A stretch of 51,629 bases of DNA from Nakamurella sp. (lineage in GTDB: Bacteria > Actinomycetota > Actinomycetes > Mycobacteriales > Nakamurellaceae): positions 1 through 51,629 of the forward strand of contig JBDHZW010000001.1 of assembly GCA_039812105.1 (NCBI GenBank). The letters run 5' to 3'. The first letter of the stretch is position 1. Each line of letters opens with the position of its first letter. Shown here piece after piece: positions 43,642 to 51,629 of this stretch. A program made the position numbers and the translations under genes. Under the pieces are notes generated by a model. It did not search any database. It was not told the origin of the DNA and saw nothing but the letters and a program-made list of their open reading frames with translations.

Positions 43642-45034
43642 TGCGCACCTGTGCCTGTCCCGCCCCGACGTGCACCGTCAGGTCGATGGTTCCCTCGTCC
43701 GACGAGCCCGACTGGGTCCGGTCCACCTGCTGCTGCAGGCCGCTCTGGGTGACGCCCAGGCAGTCGACCTCGCCCGCGTTGGCCGTGCAGGTGACGTTGA
43801 CGTTCGCGTCGGCCGGCACGATCACGGTGGCCTGACCGGCCCGCACGGTGACGTCGGGATGGACGGTCTGGCCGGCCGGCACGTCGAGCTGGGTCAGGTC
43901 CAGCGTTCCCTGCCCGCCGTTGATGACGAACTCCTGATTCGCCGCCGCCACCGTGGCGGGCGCCCACGTCTGCTGGCCGTACCCGCTGGTGCCACTGATG
44001 CCGGTGATGGTCAGCGCCAGGGTGACCAGCGACAGGAAGATGCCCGGCCCGATCAGCGAGCTGCCCCGGCCGCGCAGCGAGCTGATCAGCAGGCCGACCG
44101 CGACGACCGTCAGGGCCAGGGCCGACACGCCCGCCCAGGACAGCGCCCACCAGCCCTGCAGGGTGCCGATCGTGCCCAGCACGCCGACCAGCAGCACCAT
44201 GCCCAGGGTGATCCGGCCGATCACGTTGCGCTCCCGGGTGGCCGGGGGTGGCGGGGCGACCGGCGACGGCTCGGGCAGGTCCCAGGCGAAGGGGGCCACG
44301 CCCAGCGGATCCCAGGCCGGCGGCTGGTTGGCCTGAGCCGGTTGATCGGCGGACGGGGCGTCCTTGCGCAGGTTCACCCGCTGCTGGTCCCGCTGCCGGC
44401 CGGTCGGCTGATTGGCTGTGCCGGTCTCGTCCCAGAACGCCGGCTGCTCGAACGGGGACTGCTGGTCGCCGGGCTTCGCCCCGGTCGAGCCGGGTCCCGA
44501 CCACGGTTGACGGGCGATCCACTGTTCGGCCTGCTCGCCCCAGGAGCGGCCGGCCTCGCCGACCTTGTTGGCCCACTGGTCGATCTGCTGCTGGGTGGTC
44601 CCGTTGCCGCAGGCCCGGCCCCGGCGGCGGGCGAGCAGGATGGCGACGCAGCCGATCACCACCAGCAGCCAGAACGGATGGCCCCAGGAGAAGAGGGAGA
44701 AGACGCCGATCACCGCCCCGATCGCCAGCACGACCGACAGGATCGCCGGGGTCGCCGAGCGCCCCCGACCCAGCAGGGCCTCGCCCGGCGACACCTCGTC
44801 GCCGTCGGCCGGCAGCAGCAACCAGCACAGGATGTACGCCGTGAGCCCGAAGCCGAAGACGGTCAGGACCACGAATGCGACCCGGATCAGCACCGGGTCG
44901 ACGCCGAACGCCCGACCGAGACCGCCGGCCACGCCGGCGATCTTGCGGTCGCTGCCCGACCGACGGGGGCGCCGTGACCACCAGTCGCCGCCGGTGGCGC
45001 CGGGCCCGGCAGGCTGTTCGTGTTGCGTACTCAT
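43634..45034 (-). CDS. PspC-domain membrane protein with LiaF-like C-terminal beta domain
   Basis: RRSGSDRKIAGVAGGLG..FGVDPVLIRVAFVVL (PspC motif), WDPLGVAPFAWDLPEP, and GQGTLDLTQL. Confidence 0.88.
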   Translation of the reverse strand: MSTQHEQPAGPGATGGDWWSRRPRRSGSDRKIAGVAGGLGRAFGVDPVLIRVAFVVLTVFGFGLTAYILCWLLLPADGDEVSPGEALLGRGRSATPAILSVVLAIGAVIGVFSLFSWGHPFWLLVVIGCVAILLARRRGRACGNGTTQQQIDQWANKVGEAGRSWGEQAEQWIARQPWSGPGSTGAKPGDQQSPFEQPAFWDETGTANQPTGRQRDQQRVNLRKDAPSADQPAQANQPPAWDPLGVAPFAWDLPEPSPVAPPPPATRERNVIGRITLGMVLLVGVLGTIGTLQGWWALSWAGVSALALTVVAVGLLISSLRGRGSSLIGPGIFLSLVTLALTITGISGTSGYGQQTWAPATVAAANQEFVINGGQGTLDLTQLDVPAGQTVHPDVTVRAGQATVIVPADANVNVTCTANAGEVDCLGVTQSGLQQQVDRTQSGSSDEGTIDLTVHVGAGQAQVRNG

Positions 45035-45071
45035 GCTGACAACGGTGCGCCGTCGGACCCGTCCGGCACCA

Positions 45072-45112
45072 TCGGGGATCACCCTGGTTCCCGGATCCAG
45101 GGTGAACCCGCA
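45072..45112. promoter_or_regulatory. Tandem GGG-N5-CCC inverted-repeat boxes (putative NarL-type regulator operator)
   Basis: TCGGGGATCACCCTGG (45072-45087) and CCAGGGTGAACCCGCA (45097-45112) between the divergent pspC and kinase genes. Confidence 0.55.
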
Positions 45113-45147
45113 TACCACTGAGCGTCCGGACGTGTGACTCTGGAGAG

Positions 45148-46662
45148 GTGAAATCGATGCCCGGGATGCGCCGCGCGCCCAGGACGGACGAGGTCCGGCC
45201 GGCGGACGCGGCTGCCCAGGCGCAGGCTCAAGCCCAGGCGCAGGTCGGCACCGCCGAACCCGACAGCCGCCCGACCAATCCGATCCCGGTGCTGCCGAAC
45301 GGCCCGGCCGGCATCCCCGGTACCGCGCCCGCGACCGGACTCACCCCGGACGGCATTCCCAAGCTCACCCGCCGCCGCGACTACCGGGTGCTGGGCGGGG
45401 TGGCCGGTGGCATCGCCGACCACCTGCACGTTCGGGTGTTGTGGGTGCGGGTGACGTTCGTGCTGCTCGCCTTGATGGCCGGGGCCGGCGTGCTCGCCTA
45501 CGGCCTGCTGTGGATCTTCGTTCCGCAGGCCGCGCCCGGGGCCCCGGCCCCCCAACCGGCCACCCCGATCGAGCGCCGGCAGGCCCTGGGCATCGCCGCC
45601 GTCGGTGTGGCCGTGCTGATCGTCGCGGCCGCGCTGGGGCTGGGCGACGCCCTCGGTGTGGTGCTCGGCCCGCTCGGCCTCGCGGCCATCGGCGCGGCGT
45701 TCATCTGGCGGGAGGCCGACGACGCCCGCCGGGCCCGCTGGCGGCGGACCGCGGCGGGGATCGTCGGCCCGTCCAAGGCATCGCTGTGGCGGCTGGTCGG
45801 CGGGTGCGTCCTCGTCGTCGGTGGCCTGTCGGTGTTCGCGCTCGGCCAGCTGGACTTCACCGCCGTGCGGTCGGCGCTGCTCGCGGTCGTGCTCACGCTG
45901 GTGGGGGTCGCGGTCATCACCATCCCCTGGTGGGTGCGGCTGGTCCGGGACCTCGGCGACGAGCGGCAGGGTCGCATCCGGGAGAAGGAACGCGCCGAGA
46001 TCGCCGCCCACCTGCACGATTCGGTGTTGCAGACGCTGGCCCTGATCCAACGGCAGGCCGGGGACAGCAAGGAGGTGCAGCGACTGGCCCGCAGCCAGGA
46101 GCGGCAGCTGCGCACCTGGTTGTACGGTCCGGCGGGCTACGCGGCCGGTTACGGTTCGGCCGCGTCGCCCGATTCGCCGGCCCCGGTCGACCAGACCTTC
46201 GCCGCCTGCCTGGCCGAGGCCGCCGGGGAGGTCGAGGACACCTACAACAAGTCGGTCACCCCGGTGATCGTCGGCGACACCGGCATGGACCAGCACCTGA
46301 ACGCGCTGGTCGCGGCCACCCGGGAGGCGATGGTCAACGCGGCCAAGCACGCCGAGGTCGACGAGATCAGCGTCTACGCCGAGATCGAGGACGGCACCGC
46401 CAGCGTGTTCGTGCGGGACCGCGGGGTCGGCTTCGACCCGGCCGTGGTGGGTTCGGACCGGCGCGGGCTGGCCGAGTCGATCCGTGGTCGAATGGAACGG
46501 CACGGTGGGACGGCGACCGTCCGCTCCTCGCCCGGCAACGGCACCGAGATCGAACTGACGGTCCCGGTGCGTCGGGACGACACGGACCGGCCGACCGCGA
46601 CCGCCGGCCCGGCCCCGTCCGGGACGGTCTCGTCCGGGACGGCTCAGCAAGGAGGATCATGA
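45148..46662 (+). CDS. PspC-domain sensor histidine kinase (HisKA_3 type)
   Basis: PspC motif RVLGGVAGGIADHL, TM helices, ERAEIAAHLHDSVLQTL, REAMVNAAKHA and VRDRGVGF. Start could be 45157 or 45166. Confidence 0.93.
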   Translation: MKSMPGMRRAPRTDEVRPADAAAQAQAQAQAQVGTAEPDSRPTNPIPVLPNGPAGIPGTAPATGLTPDGIPKLTRRRDYRVLGGVAGGIADHLHVRVLWVRVTFVLLALMAGAGVLAYGLLWIFVPQAAPGAPAPQPATPIERRQALGIAAVGVAVLIVAAALGLGDALGVVLGPLGLAAIGAAFIWREADDARRARWRRTAAGIVGPSKASLWRLVGGCVLVVGGLSVFALGQLDFTAVRSALLAVVLTLVGVAVITIPWWVRLVRDLGDERQGRIREKERAEIAAHLHDSVLQTLALIQRQAGDSKEVQRLARSQERQLRTWLYGPAGYAAGYGSAASPDSPAPVDQTFAACLAEAAGEVEDTYNKSVTPVIVGDTGMDQHLNALVAATREAMVNAAKHAEVDEISVYAEIEDGTASVFVRDRGVGFDPAVVGSDRRGLAESIRGRMERHGGTATVRSSPGNGTEIELTVPVRRDDTDRPTATAGPAPSGTVSSGTAQQGGS

Positions 46663-47318
46663 CCACGCCGGTGACCGTGTTCGTCGTCGACGACCACGCG
46701 CTGTTCCGGACCGGGGTGAAGGCCGAGCTGGCCGGGCTCGGCGACGACCGGATCGCCGTGGTCGGCGAGGCCGGGTCGGTGGGGGAGGCGGTCGTCCGGA
46801 TCACCTCGGACCCGCCGGACGTGGTGCTGCTGGACGTGCACATGCCCGACGGGGGCGGCCGGGCGGTGCTGGAGCAGGTCCACTCGAAGTTCCCGGACGT
46901 GGTGTTCCTGGCCCTGTCGGTGTCCGACGCCGCCGAGGACGTCATCGCCGTCATCCGGGCCGGCGCCCGCGGATACGTCACCAAGACCATCTCGGGTCGG
47001 GAACTCGCCGACGCGGTCGTCCGGGTGTCGGCCGGGGACGCGGTGTTCTCGCCGCGGCTGGCCGGGTTCGTGCTGGACGCGTTCTCCGACCGGGGCGGGC
47101 CGGCGCCGGTCGCCGACCCCGAACTCGACCTGCTCTCACCGCGGGAGCGGGAGGTCCTCAAGCTGCTCGCCCGCGGCTACGCCTACAAGGAGATCGCCGC
47201 GCAGCTGTTCATCTCCATCAAGACGGTGGAGACCCACGTGTCCAGCGTGCTGCGCAAGACCCAGAAGTCGAACCGCTACGAACTCTCCCGCTGGGCCTCC
47301 GACCGCCGCCTGGTCTGA
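46659..47318 (+). CDS. NarL/LuxR-family response regulator
   Basis: VFVVDDH, LLDVHMPDG, GARGYVTK and LSPREREVL..LARGYAYKEIA..LFISIKTVETH motifs. ATGA coupling. Confidence 0.95.
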   Translation: MTTPVTVFVVDDHALFRTGVKAELAGLGDDRIAVVGEAGSVGEAVVRITSDPPDVVLLDVHMPDGGGRAVLEQVHSKFPDVVFLALSVSDAAEDVIAVIRAGARGYVTKTISGRELADAVVRVSAGDAVFSPRLAGFVLDAFSDRGGPAPVADPELDLLSPREREVLKLLARGYAYKEIAAQLFISIKTVETHVSSVLRKTQKSNRYELSRWASDRRLV

Positions 47319-47331
47319 CCCACCCGCCCCC

Positions 47332-47416
47332 TCCCGCGCGGATCAACTACGCCCGCGCGGATCAACTCGCACCGAATGTGACGGGTGGGACGGATGTCAA
47401 CGACTTCATCCGCGCG
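47332..47416. repeat. Dispersed REP-like imperfect palindrome, copy 2
   Basis: 73/85 identical to 9122-9206. CGCGCGGATCAACTCG matches the reverse complement of the right end (CGCGCGGATGAAGTCG) at 14/16. Confidence 0.9.
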
Positions 47417-47475
47417 GGGCTGGGGCCGGTAAGGCGGGGACGGGTGGCCGGGGCCGGGCGGGGTGGGCGCGACAA

Positions 47476-47528
47476 TGCGGGGCGGGCGCAGGCAGTGCGG
47501 GGCGGCGCAGGCAGTGCGGGGCGGGCGC
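47476..47528. repeat. 19-20 bp tandem repeat (TGCGGGGCGG[G]CGCAGGCAG, about 2.7 units)
   Basis: Units at 47476, 47496 and 47515. Confidence 0.75.
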
Positions 47529-47626
47529 CGGGCCGACTGGCGCATCGCCGGTTCACTTGAGCTGGTGACGCGCCATTCGCTTCGGCCCGGGCGAGGTGAC
47601 GGGAGGTCCGGCGACCCGGCATCCGG

Positions 47627-48004
47627 CTACTTGCGGCCGAGCTTGCCCCGACCCATGGCCAGCAGCATCATGCCCAGATCCGTGCCCGACGGGCCCAGCG
47701 CGCGGAACCGCTCCAGCACGGCCATCTCCCGGCTGTAGACGATCTTCGGGCCGCCCAGGCTCTTGCGGGCCGCGCCGATCGCGTGCGAGATCGCGGTGCG
47801 GCGCAGGATCAACTCGACCAGCTTGGCGTCGATGTCGTCGATCTCCAGCCGCAGTTCGTCGATCCCCTCCTGGCTGTCCGGGACGGGCACTTCCTCGGGC
47901 GTTTCACTGGCGTCGATGGCCGGCTCCGTGATGGTCGATCTGGTTCGCAGGTGCACCGGGAGCTTGCTCGCGGTCGGCTGCGGGGCGGTCAGGGCACTGG
48001 TCAT
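47627..48004 (-). CDS. Monofunctional chorismate mutase (AroQ-delta type)
   Basis: IDELRLEIDDIDAKL...RRTAISHAIG.AR...GG.KIVYSRE..VLERF and LL.MGRGKLG motifs. AAGGAGG RBS. Next to pcrA as in other actinobacteria. Confidence 0.93.
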   Translation of the reverse strand: MTSALTAPQPTASKLPVHLRTRSTITEPAIDASETPEEVPVPDSQEGIDELRLEIDDIDAKLVELILRRTAISHAIGAARKSLGGPKIVYSREMAVLERFRALGPSGTDLGMMLLAMGRGKLGRK

Positions 48005-48043
48005 GATGGTCCTCCTTGCCCCGGGCCGCGATCCCGGGGCACG

Positions 48044-48077
48044 AAAAACGCCCCGGGTCTCGTGGACCTCGGGGCGT
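48044..48077 (-). terminator. Attenuator (intrinsic terminator) in the chorismate mutase leader
   Basis: Minus strand ACGCCCCG-A-GGTC-CACGA-GACC-CGGGGCGT-TTTT, ending 40 nt before the start codon. Confidence 0.85.
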
Positions 48078-48094
48078 CGTCGTGGGCGGGTTGC

Positions 48095-48181
48095 TCAGCC
48101 TCGGACGGGCACCGGGATCCGGTACCCATAGAAAAACTCGCGCCGCGCGAGCGCGCAGCGGGAGTCGGTGAGGCTGGACAT
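48095..48181 (-). CDS. Putative Phe/Tyr attenuation leader peptide MSSLTDSRCALARREFFYGYRIPVPVRG (28 aa)
   Basis: ATG 48181 to TGA 48095. Control codons TTT TTC TAT GGG TAC lie directly upstream of the alternative hairpins and the terminator. Confidence 0.75.
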   Translation of the reverse strand: MSSLTDSRCALARREFFYGYRIPVPVRG

Positions 48182-48232
48182 GGGCCCAGTAGACCACACC
48201 GACCGGGCCGCCGTCACCCGGGTTGATCCGAA

Positions 48233-48796
48233 TCATCGGTCCTTGACGGTGACCTTGGCGCCGGGCTGCCAGTCTCCGTGTTCGATCGAACAGTTCGTCA
48301 GTTTGACCTTGGATCCGCTGTCGACCTCATCGGCCGAACAGAGGTAGGCGTTGGCTCCGATCAGCGGCACGCTGAACGCCGGATAGATGAACTTGCCGGT
48401 GTCGCCGACCTGGAAGCTGGGAAAGACGTTCAACGGTCCGTCGGACCAGGGCTGCCGGAAGACGTAGTAGGTGCTCTGGCCAGGGTGCAGGACGGAGGCC
48501 CCGGCGAAGTACGCCTCGTGGCCCAGCTGCTCACCGGACCAGACCAGGTCGTAGCTGCTGCTGTTGGTGACCAGCACGGCGACCTGGAGATAGTCGGGAA
48601 CGCCCTGCACCTCGGAGGTCTGGACGTCCTGCTCGGCGGCCCCGGCCGGCGCCGCTGCTGCCGCCGTGCCGATCCCCAGGCCCAGCAGGCCTACGGTCGC
48701 GATACCGACCACCGCCCCGCGGCCGATCCGGGAGAATCGGTGCGAACGGATCGGCGACAACGCGCGCGAATTTTCCTTGGCGACGACCTTCTTCAT
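48233..48796 (-). CDS. Secreted beta-rich hypothetical protein (aegerolysin/crystal-protein-like pattern)
   Basis: Long signal peptide ending TAAAAA. Motifs VTNSSSYDLVW, LHPGQS and FSVPLIGANAYLC, with two Cys. Confidence 0.7.
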   Translation of the reverse strand: MKKVVAKENSRALSPIRSHRFSRIGRGAVVGIATVGLLGLGIGTAAAAAPAGAAEQDVQTSEVQGVPDYLQVAVLVTNSSSYDLVWSGEQLGHEAYFAGASVLHPGQSTYYVFRQPWSDGPLNVFPSFQVGDTGKFIYPAFSVPLIGANAYLCSADEVDSGSKVKLTNCSIEHGDWQPGAKVTVKDR

Positions 48797-48997
48797 TGTT
48801 CGAGCCCTTCTCGACGTGGATATCCGTGGCGACGGCCAGGATGCAACGATCTTTTCGGGTGCCTGCCAGGCAACACCCCAGGCGAAATCCCTAGGAAAGC
48901 GGGCCCACCCTTCCTGTGCCGAACAGGTGATCGAGGATGGTCCGGCCCGCGCGCTGGCCCGGGACTGTCGGGGGCGGCGGGTAGCGTGAGCACCGTC

Positions 48998-51496
48998 ATG
49001 ACGAGCCTGTTCGATCTCCCCACCTTCGGTCTGGCCGAGCCGGAGCCGTCGCCGGCCGACCTCGCCCGCCAGCGGGCCGAGCGGGCCCGGCAACGGGCCG
49101 ACGAGCTGCTGGACGGCCTGAACCCGCCGCAGCGCGAGGCGGTCGAGCATCGCGGCGCGCCGCTGCTGGTGGTGGCCGGCGCCGGGTCGGGCAAGACCCG
49201 GGTGCTGACCCGGCGGATCGCCTACCTGCTGGCGGTTGGCGGCGCCCAACCCGGCGAGATCCTGGCGATCACGTTCACCAACAAGGCCGCCCGGGAGATG
49301 AAGGACCGGGTGTTCGACCTGGTCGGTGGTCGGGCGAGATCGATGTGGGTGTCGACGTTCCACTCGATGTGCGTGCGCATCCTGCGGGCCGAGGCGACGC
49401 AGCTGGGGCTCAAGACCACCTTCACCATCTACGACCAGGCCGACTCGCAGCGGCTGGCCCAGCTGGTCGCGAACGGGCTGAACATCGACGGCAAGAAGTA
49501 CCCGGCCCGGATGCTGGCCGCGGCCATCTCAAACCTCAAGAACGAGCTGATCGACGCGCAGACCGCCCTGGAACGCGCCGACGGCGACAAGCAGACGATC
49601 GTCGCGCAGGTCTACCAGGGGTACCAGGAGCGGTTGCGGTCGGCGTCGGCGCTGGACTTCGACGACCTGATCATGCAGACCGTGCACCTGCTGCAGCAGT
49701 TCCCGGCGGTCGCCGAGCACTACCGGCGGCGGTTCCGGCACGTGCTGGTGGACGAGTACCAGGACACCAACCACGCCCAGTACCTGCTGGTCAAGGCCCT
49801 CGTCGGGGACGGATCGGGCGAGGTGCCGGCGGCCGAGCTGGTGGTGGTGGGCGACGCCGACCAGTCGATCTACGCCTTCCGCGGGGCGACCATCCGCAAC
49901 ATCGTCGAGTTCGAGCGCGACTACCCGGACGCCCGCACGATCCTGCTGGAACAGAACTACCGGTCGACCCAGACCATTCTGTCCGCCGCCAATTCCGTCA
50001 TCGCCCGCAACGCCGGCCGCAAGGCCAAGAACCTGTGGACCGCGCAGGGCGGCGGCACCCGGATCACCGGCTACGTCGGCGACAACGAGCACGACGAGGC
50101 GCAGTTCGTCGGCAAGGAGATCGACTCCCTGGTCGACGCCGGTGACGCGGTGTTCGGGGACGTCGCGGTGTTCTACCGGACCAACTCGGCGTCGCGGGCG
50201 CTGGAGGACGTGTTCATCCGGAACGGGATGCCGTACCGGATCGTCGGCGGGGTGCGCTTCTACGAGCGCAAGGAGGTCAAGGACGCGCTCGCGTACCTGC
50301 GGGCCATCGCCAACCCGGACGACGAGATCAACCTGCGCCGCATCCTGAACACGCCGCGACGCGGGATCGGCGACCGGGCCGAGGCCACCGTCGCGCTGTT
50401 CGCCGAGCAGGAGCGGATCGGCTTCGGCGAGGCGCTGCAACTCGTCGACGACATTCCGGGACTGGCGGCCCGATCGGCGAATTCGCTGCGGTCGTTCGGA
50501 GAATTGCTGGCCGGTCTGCGGTCCGAGGTCGGCTTCGGCATGGAGCCGGCCGATTTGCTGACCGCGGTCCTCGAACGCACCGGATACCGGGCCGAGCTGG
50601 AGGATTCGGAGGACCCGCAGGACCACTCGCGCCTGGAGAACCTGGACCAGCTGGTCAGCGTGCTCCGGGAGACCACCGAAACCCTGCTCGCCGGGGGCGG
50701 TCTCGCCGCCTTGAGCGCGGACGAGACCGAGGTCGCCGAGGACGCCGACGTTGTCGACGACGAGGATGTGCCGCCGGACGCCAGCGAGCTGCTGCTGGCC
50801 GTGCTGGAACAACTGTCCCTGGTCGCCGACGCCGACTCGGTGCCGGACTCGGCCGAGGGCATGGTCACCCTGATGACTCTGCACACGGCGAAGGGCCTGG
50901 AGTTTCCCGTGGTGTTCCTGACCGGTTGGGAGGACGGCATCTTCCCGCACCAACGCGCGCTGGCCGACGACGCAGAGCTGTCCGAGGAGCGGCGGCTGGC
51001 GTACGTCGGCATCACCCGGGCGATGAAGCGGCTGTACGTGAGCCGGGCGATGATGCGGTCGGCCTGGGGACAGCCGAACGCCAATCCGGCATCCCGCTTC
51101 CTGGCCGACATCCCGACCGACCTGATCGAATGGCGGCGCACCGACGCGGATGCCCGGGCCGGCGGCTTCATCGGCGACAGCGACTTCGAGGGCGATTTCA
51201 GGTACGGCCGCCGCCCCCGCTTCGGCGGCTACGGCGGTGGGGGACGCTCGGCGCCGGTGACGGCCAGCCGGTTCGGGTCGAATTCCCCGTCCCGGGCCGG
51301 TCGCGGGCCGACCCTGGGCGCCCGGCCCACCCTGGAACTGGGCGTCGGGGATCGCGTGTCGCACGACAAGTACGGCCTCGGCAAGGTTCTCGCGGTCGAC
51401 GGGGCCGGTCAGCGGGCCACCGCCACGATCGACTTCGGCGCCTCCGGCAAGGTGCGGCTGATGCTCATCGGCGGCGTGCCGATGACCAAGCTCTGA
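48998..51496 (+). CDS. pcrA: ATP-dependent DNA helicase PcrA/UvrD1
   Basis: AGAGSGKTRVL, ITFTNKAA, VDEYQDTN, VGDADQSIY, LEQNYRST, TLHTAKGLEF and EERRLAYVGITRA motifs, plus a C-terminal Tudor-like domain. Confidence 0.98.
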   Translation: MTSLFDLPTFGLAEPEPSPADLARQRAERARQRADELLDGLNPPQREAVEHRGAPLLVVAGAGSGKTRVLTRRIAYLLAVGGAQPGEILAITFTNKAAREMKDRVFDLVGGRARSMWVSTFHSMCVRILRAEATQLGLKTTFTIYDQADSQRLAQLVANGLNIDGKKYPARMLAAAISNLKNELIDAQTALERADGDKQTIVAQVYQGYQERLRSASALDFDDLIMQTVHLLQQFPAVAEHYRRRFRHVLVDEYQDTNHAQYLLVKALVGDGSGEVPAAELVVVGDADQSIYAFRGATIRNIVEFERDYPDARTILLEQNYRSTQTILSAANSVIARNAGRKAKNLWTAQGGGTRITGYVGDNEHDEAQFVGKEIDSLVDAGDAVFGDVAVFYRTNSASRALEDVFIRNGMPYRIVGGVRFYERKEVKDALAYLRAIANPDDEINLRRILNTPRRGIGDRAEATVALFAEQERIGFGEALQLVDDIPGLAARSANSLRSFGELLAGLRSEVGFGMEPADLLTAVLERTGYRAELEDSEDPQDHSRLENLDQLVSVLRETTETLLAGGGLAALSADETEVAEDADVVDDEDVPPDASELLLAVLEQLSLVADADSVPDSAEGMVTLMTLHTAKGLEFPVVFLTGWEDGIFPHQRALADDAELSEERRLAYVGITRAMKRLYVSRAMMRSAWGQPNANPASRFLADIPTDLIEWRRTDADARAGGFIGDSDFEGDFRYGRRPRFGGYGGGGRSAPVTASRFGSNSPSRAGRGPTLGARPTLELGVGDRVSHDKYGLGKVLAVDGAGQRATATIDFGASGKVRLMLIGGVPMTKL

Positions 51497-51500
51497 TCCG

Positions 51501-51629
51501 TCAGCGGATCAGATCGGCCGGGGTGATCCTCACCGGGAAGGGTCGCTCCAGGGTGAGCGTCGCCGCGCCGGTGGCCTCGCCGACAACGACGTAGCGGCCG
51601 TCGACGAGTTCGTAGGCGGTGATCGACGG
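51501..51629 (-). CDS. 3' end of a probable Uma2 (DUF820) endonuclease-family protein, truncated by the window edge
   Basis: Reads PSITAYELVDGRYVVVGEATGAATLTLERPFPVRITPADLIR*, resembling actinobacterial Uma2 C-termini. Confidence 0.6.
   Translation of the reverse strand, partial: PSITAYELVDGRYVVVGEATGAATLTLERPFPVRITPADLIR

Noticed and set aside
48998-51629. Helicase plus Uma2 nuclease as an anti-phage defence pair
   Set aside because: The helicase is the housekeeping PcrA/UvrD1 in its normal context, and the Uma2-like gene is convergent and only partly visible.

Overview
A very GC-rich actinobacterial chromosome segment, mostly core genome. The conserved backbone runs glmS-acpS-nnr-alr-hydrolase-tsaE ... 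tsaB-rimI-tsaD ... CIRCE-groES-groEL1 ... whiB3/whiD-bldM-like regulator-SigD/ShbA-type sigma-anti-sigma-guaB-guaB3 ... guaA-MFS ... PspC operon and two-component system-chorismate mutase-pcrA. Accessory blocks lie at about 10-17 kb (OmpR two-component system, DUF998, AraC/VOC, DM13, secreted nuclease, GtrA, GyrI, LacI) and 30.6-39.1 kb (seven-gene divergent polysaccharide cluster). I found no rRNA, tRNA, CRISPR array or transposase. The most notable signals outside the ORF track are four. (1) A complete Phe/Tyr leader-peptide attenuator upstream of chorismate mutase, with an FFYGY leader and alternative 1:2, 2:3 and 3:4 hairpins. (2) A family of 60-85 nt intergenic palindromes with GATC-containing termini (six copies). 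(3) The synthase-type polysaccharide cluster with a PIG-L deacetylase plus WbqC tailoring pair. (4) Mini-ORFs that bridge stop and start codons at three junctions of the glmS-tsaE gene run. Family assignments come from motif recognition, not from database searches.
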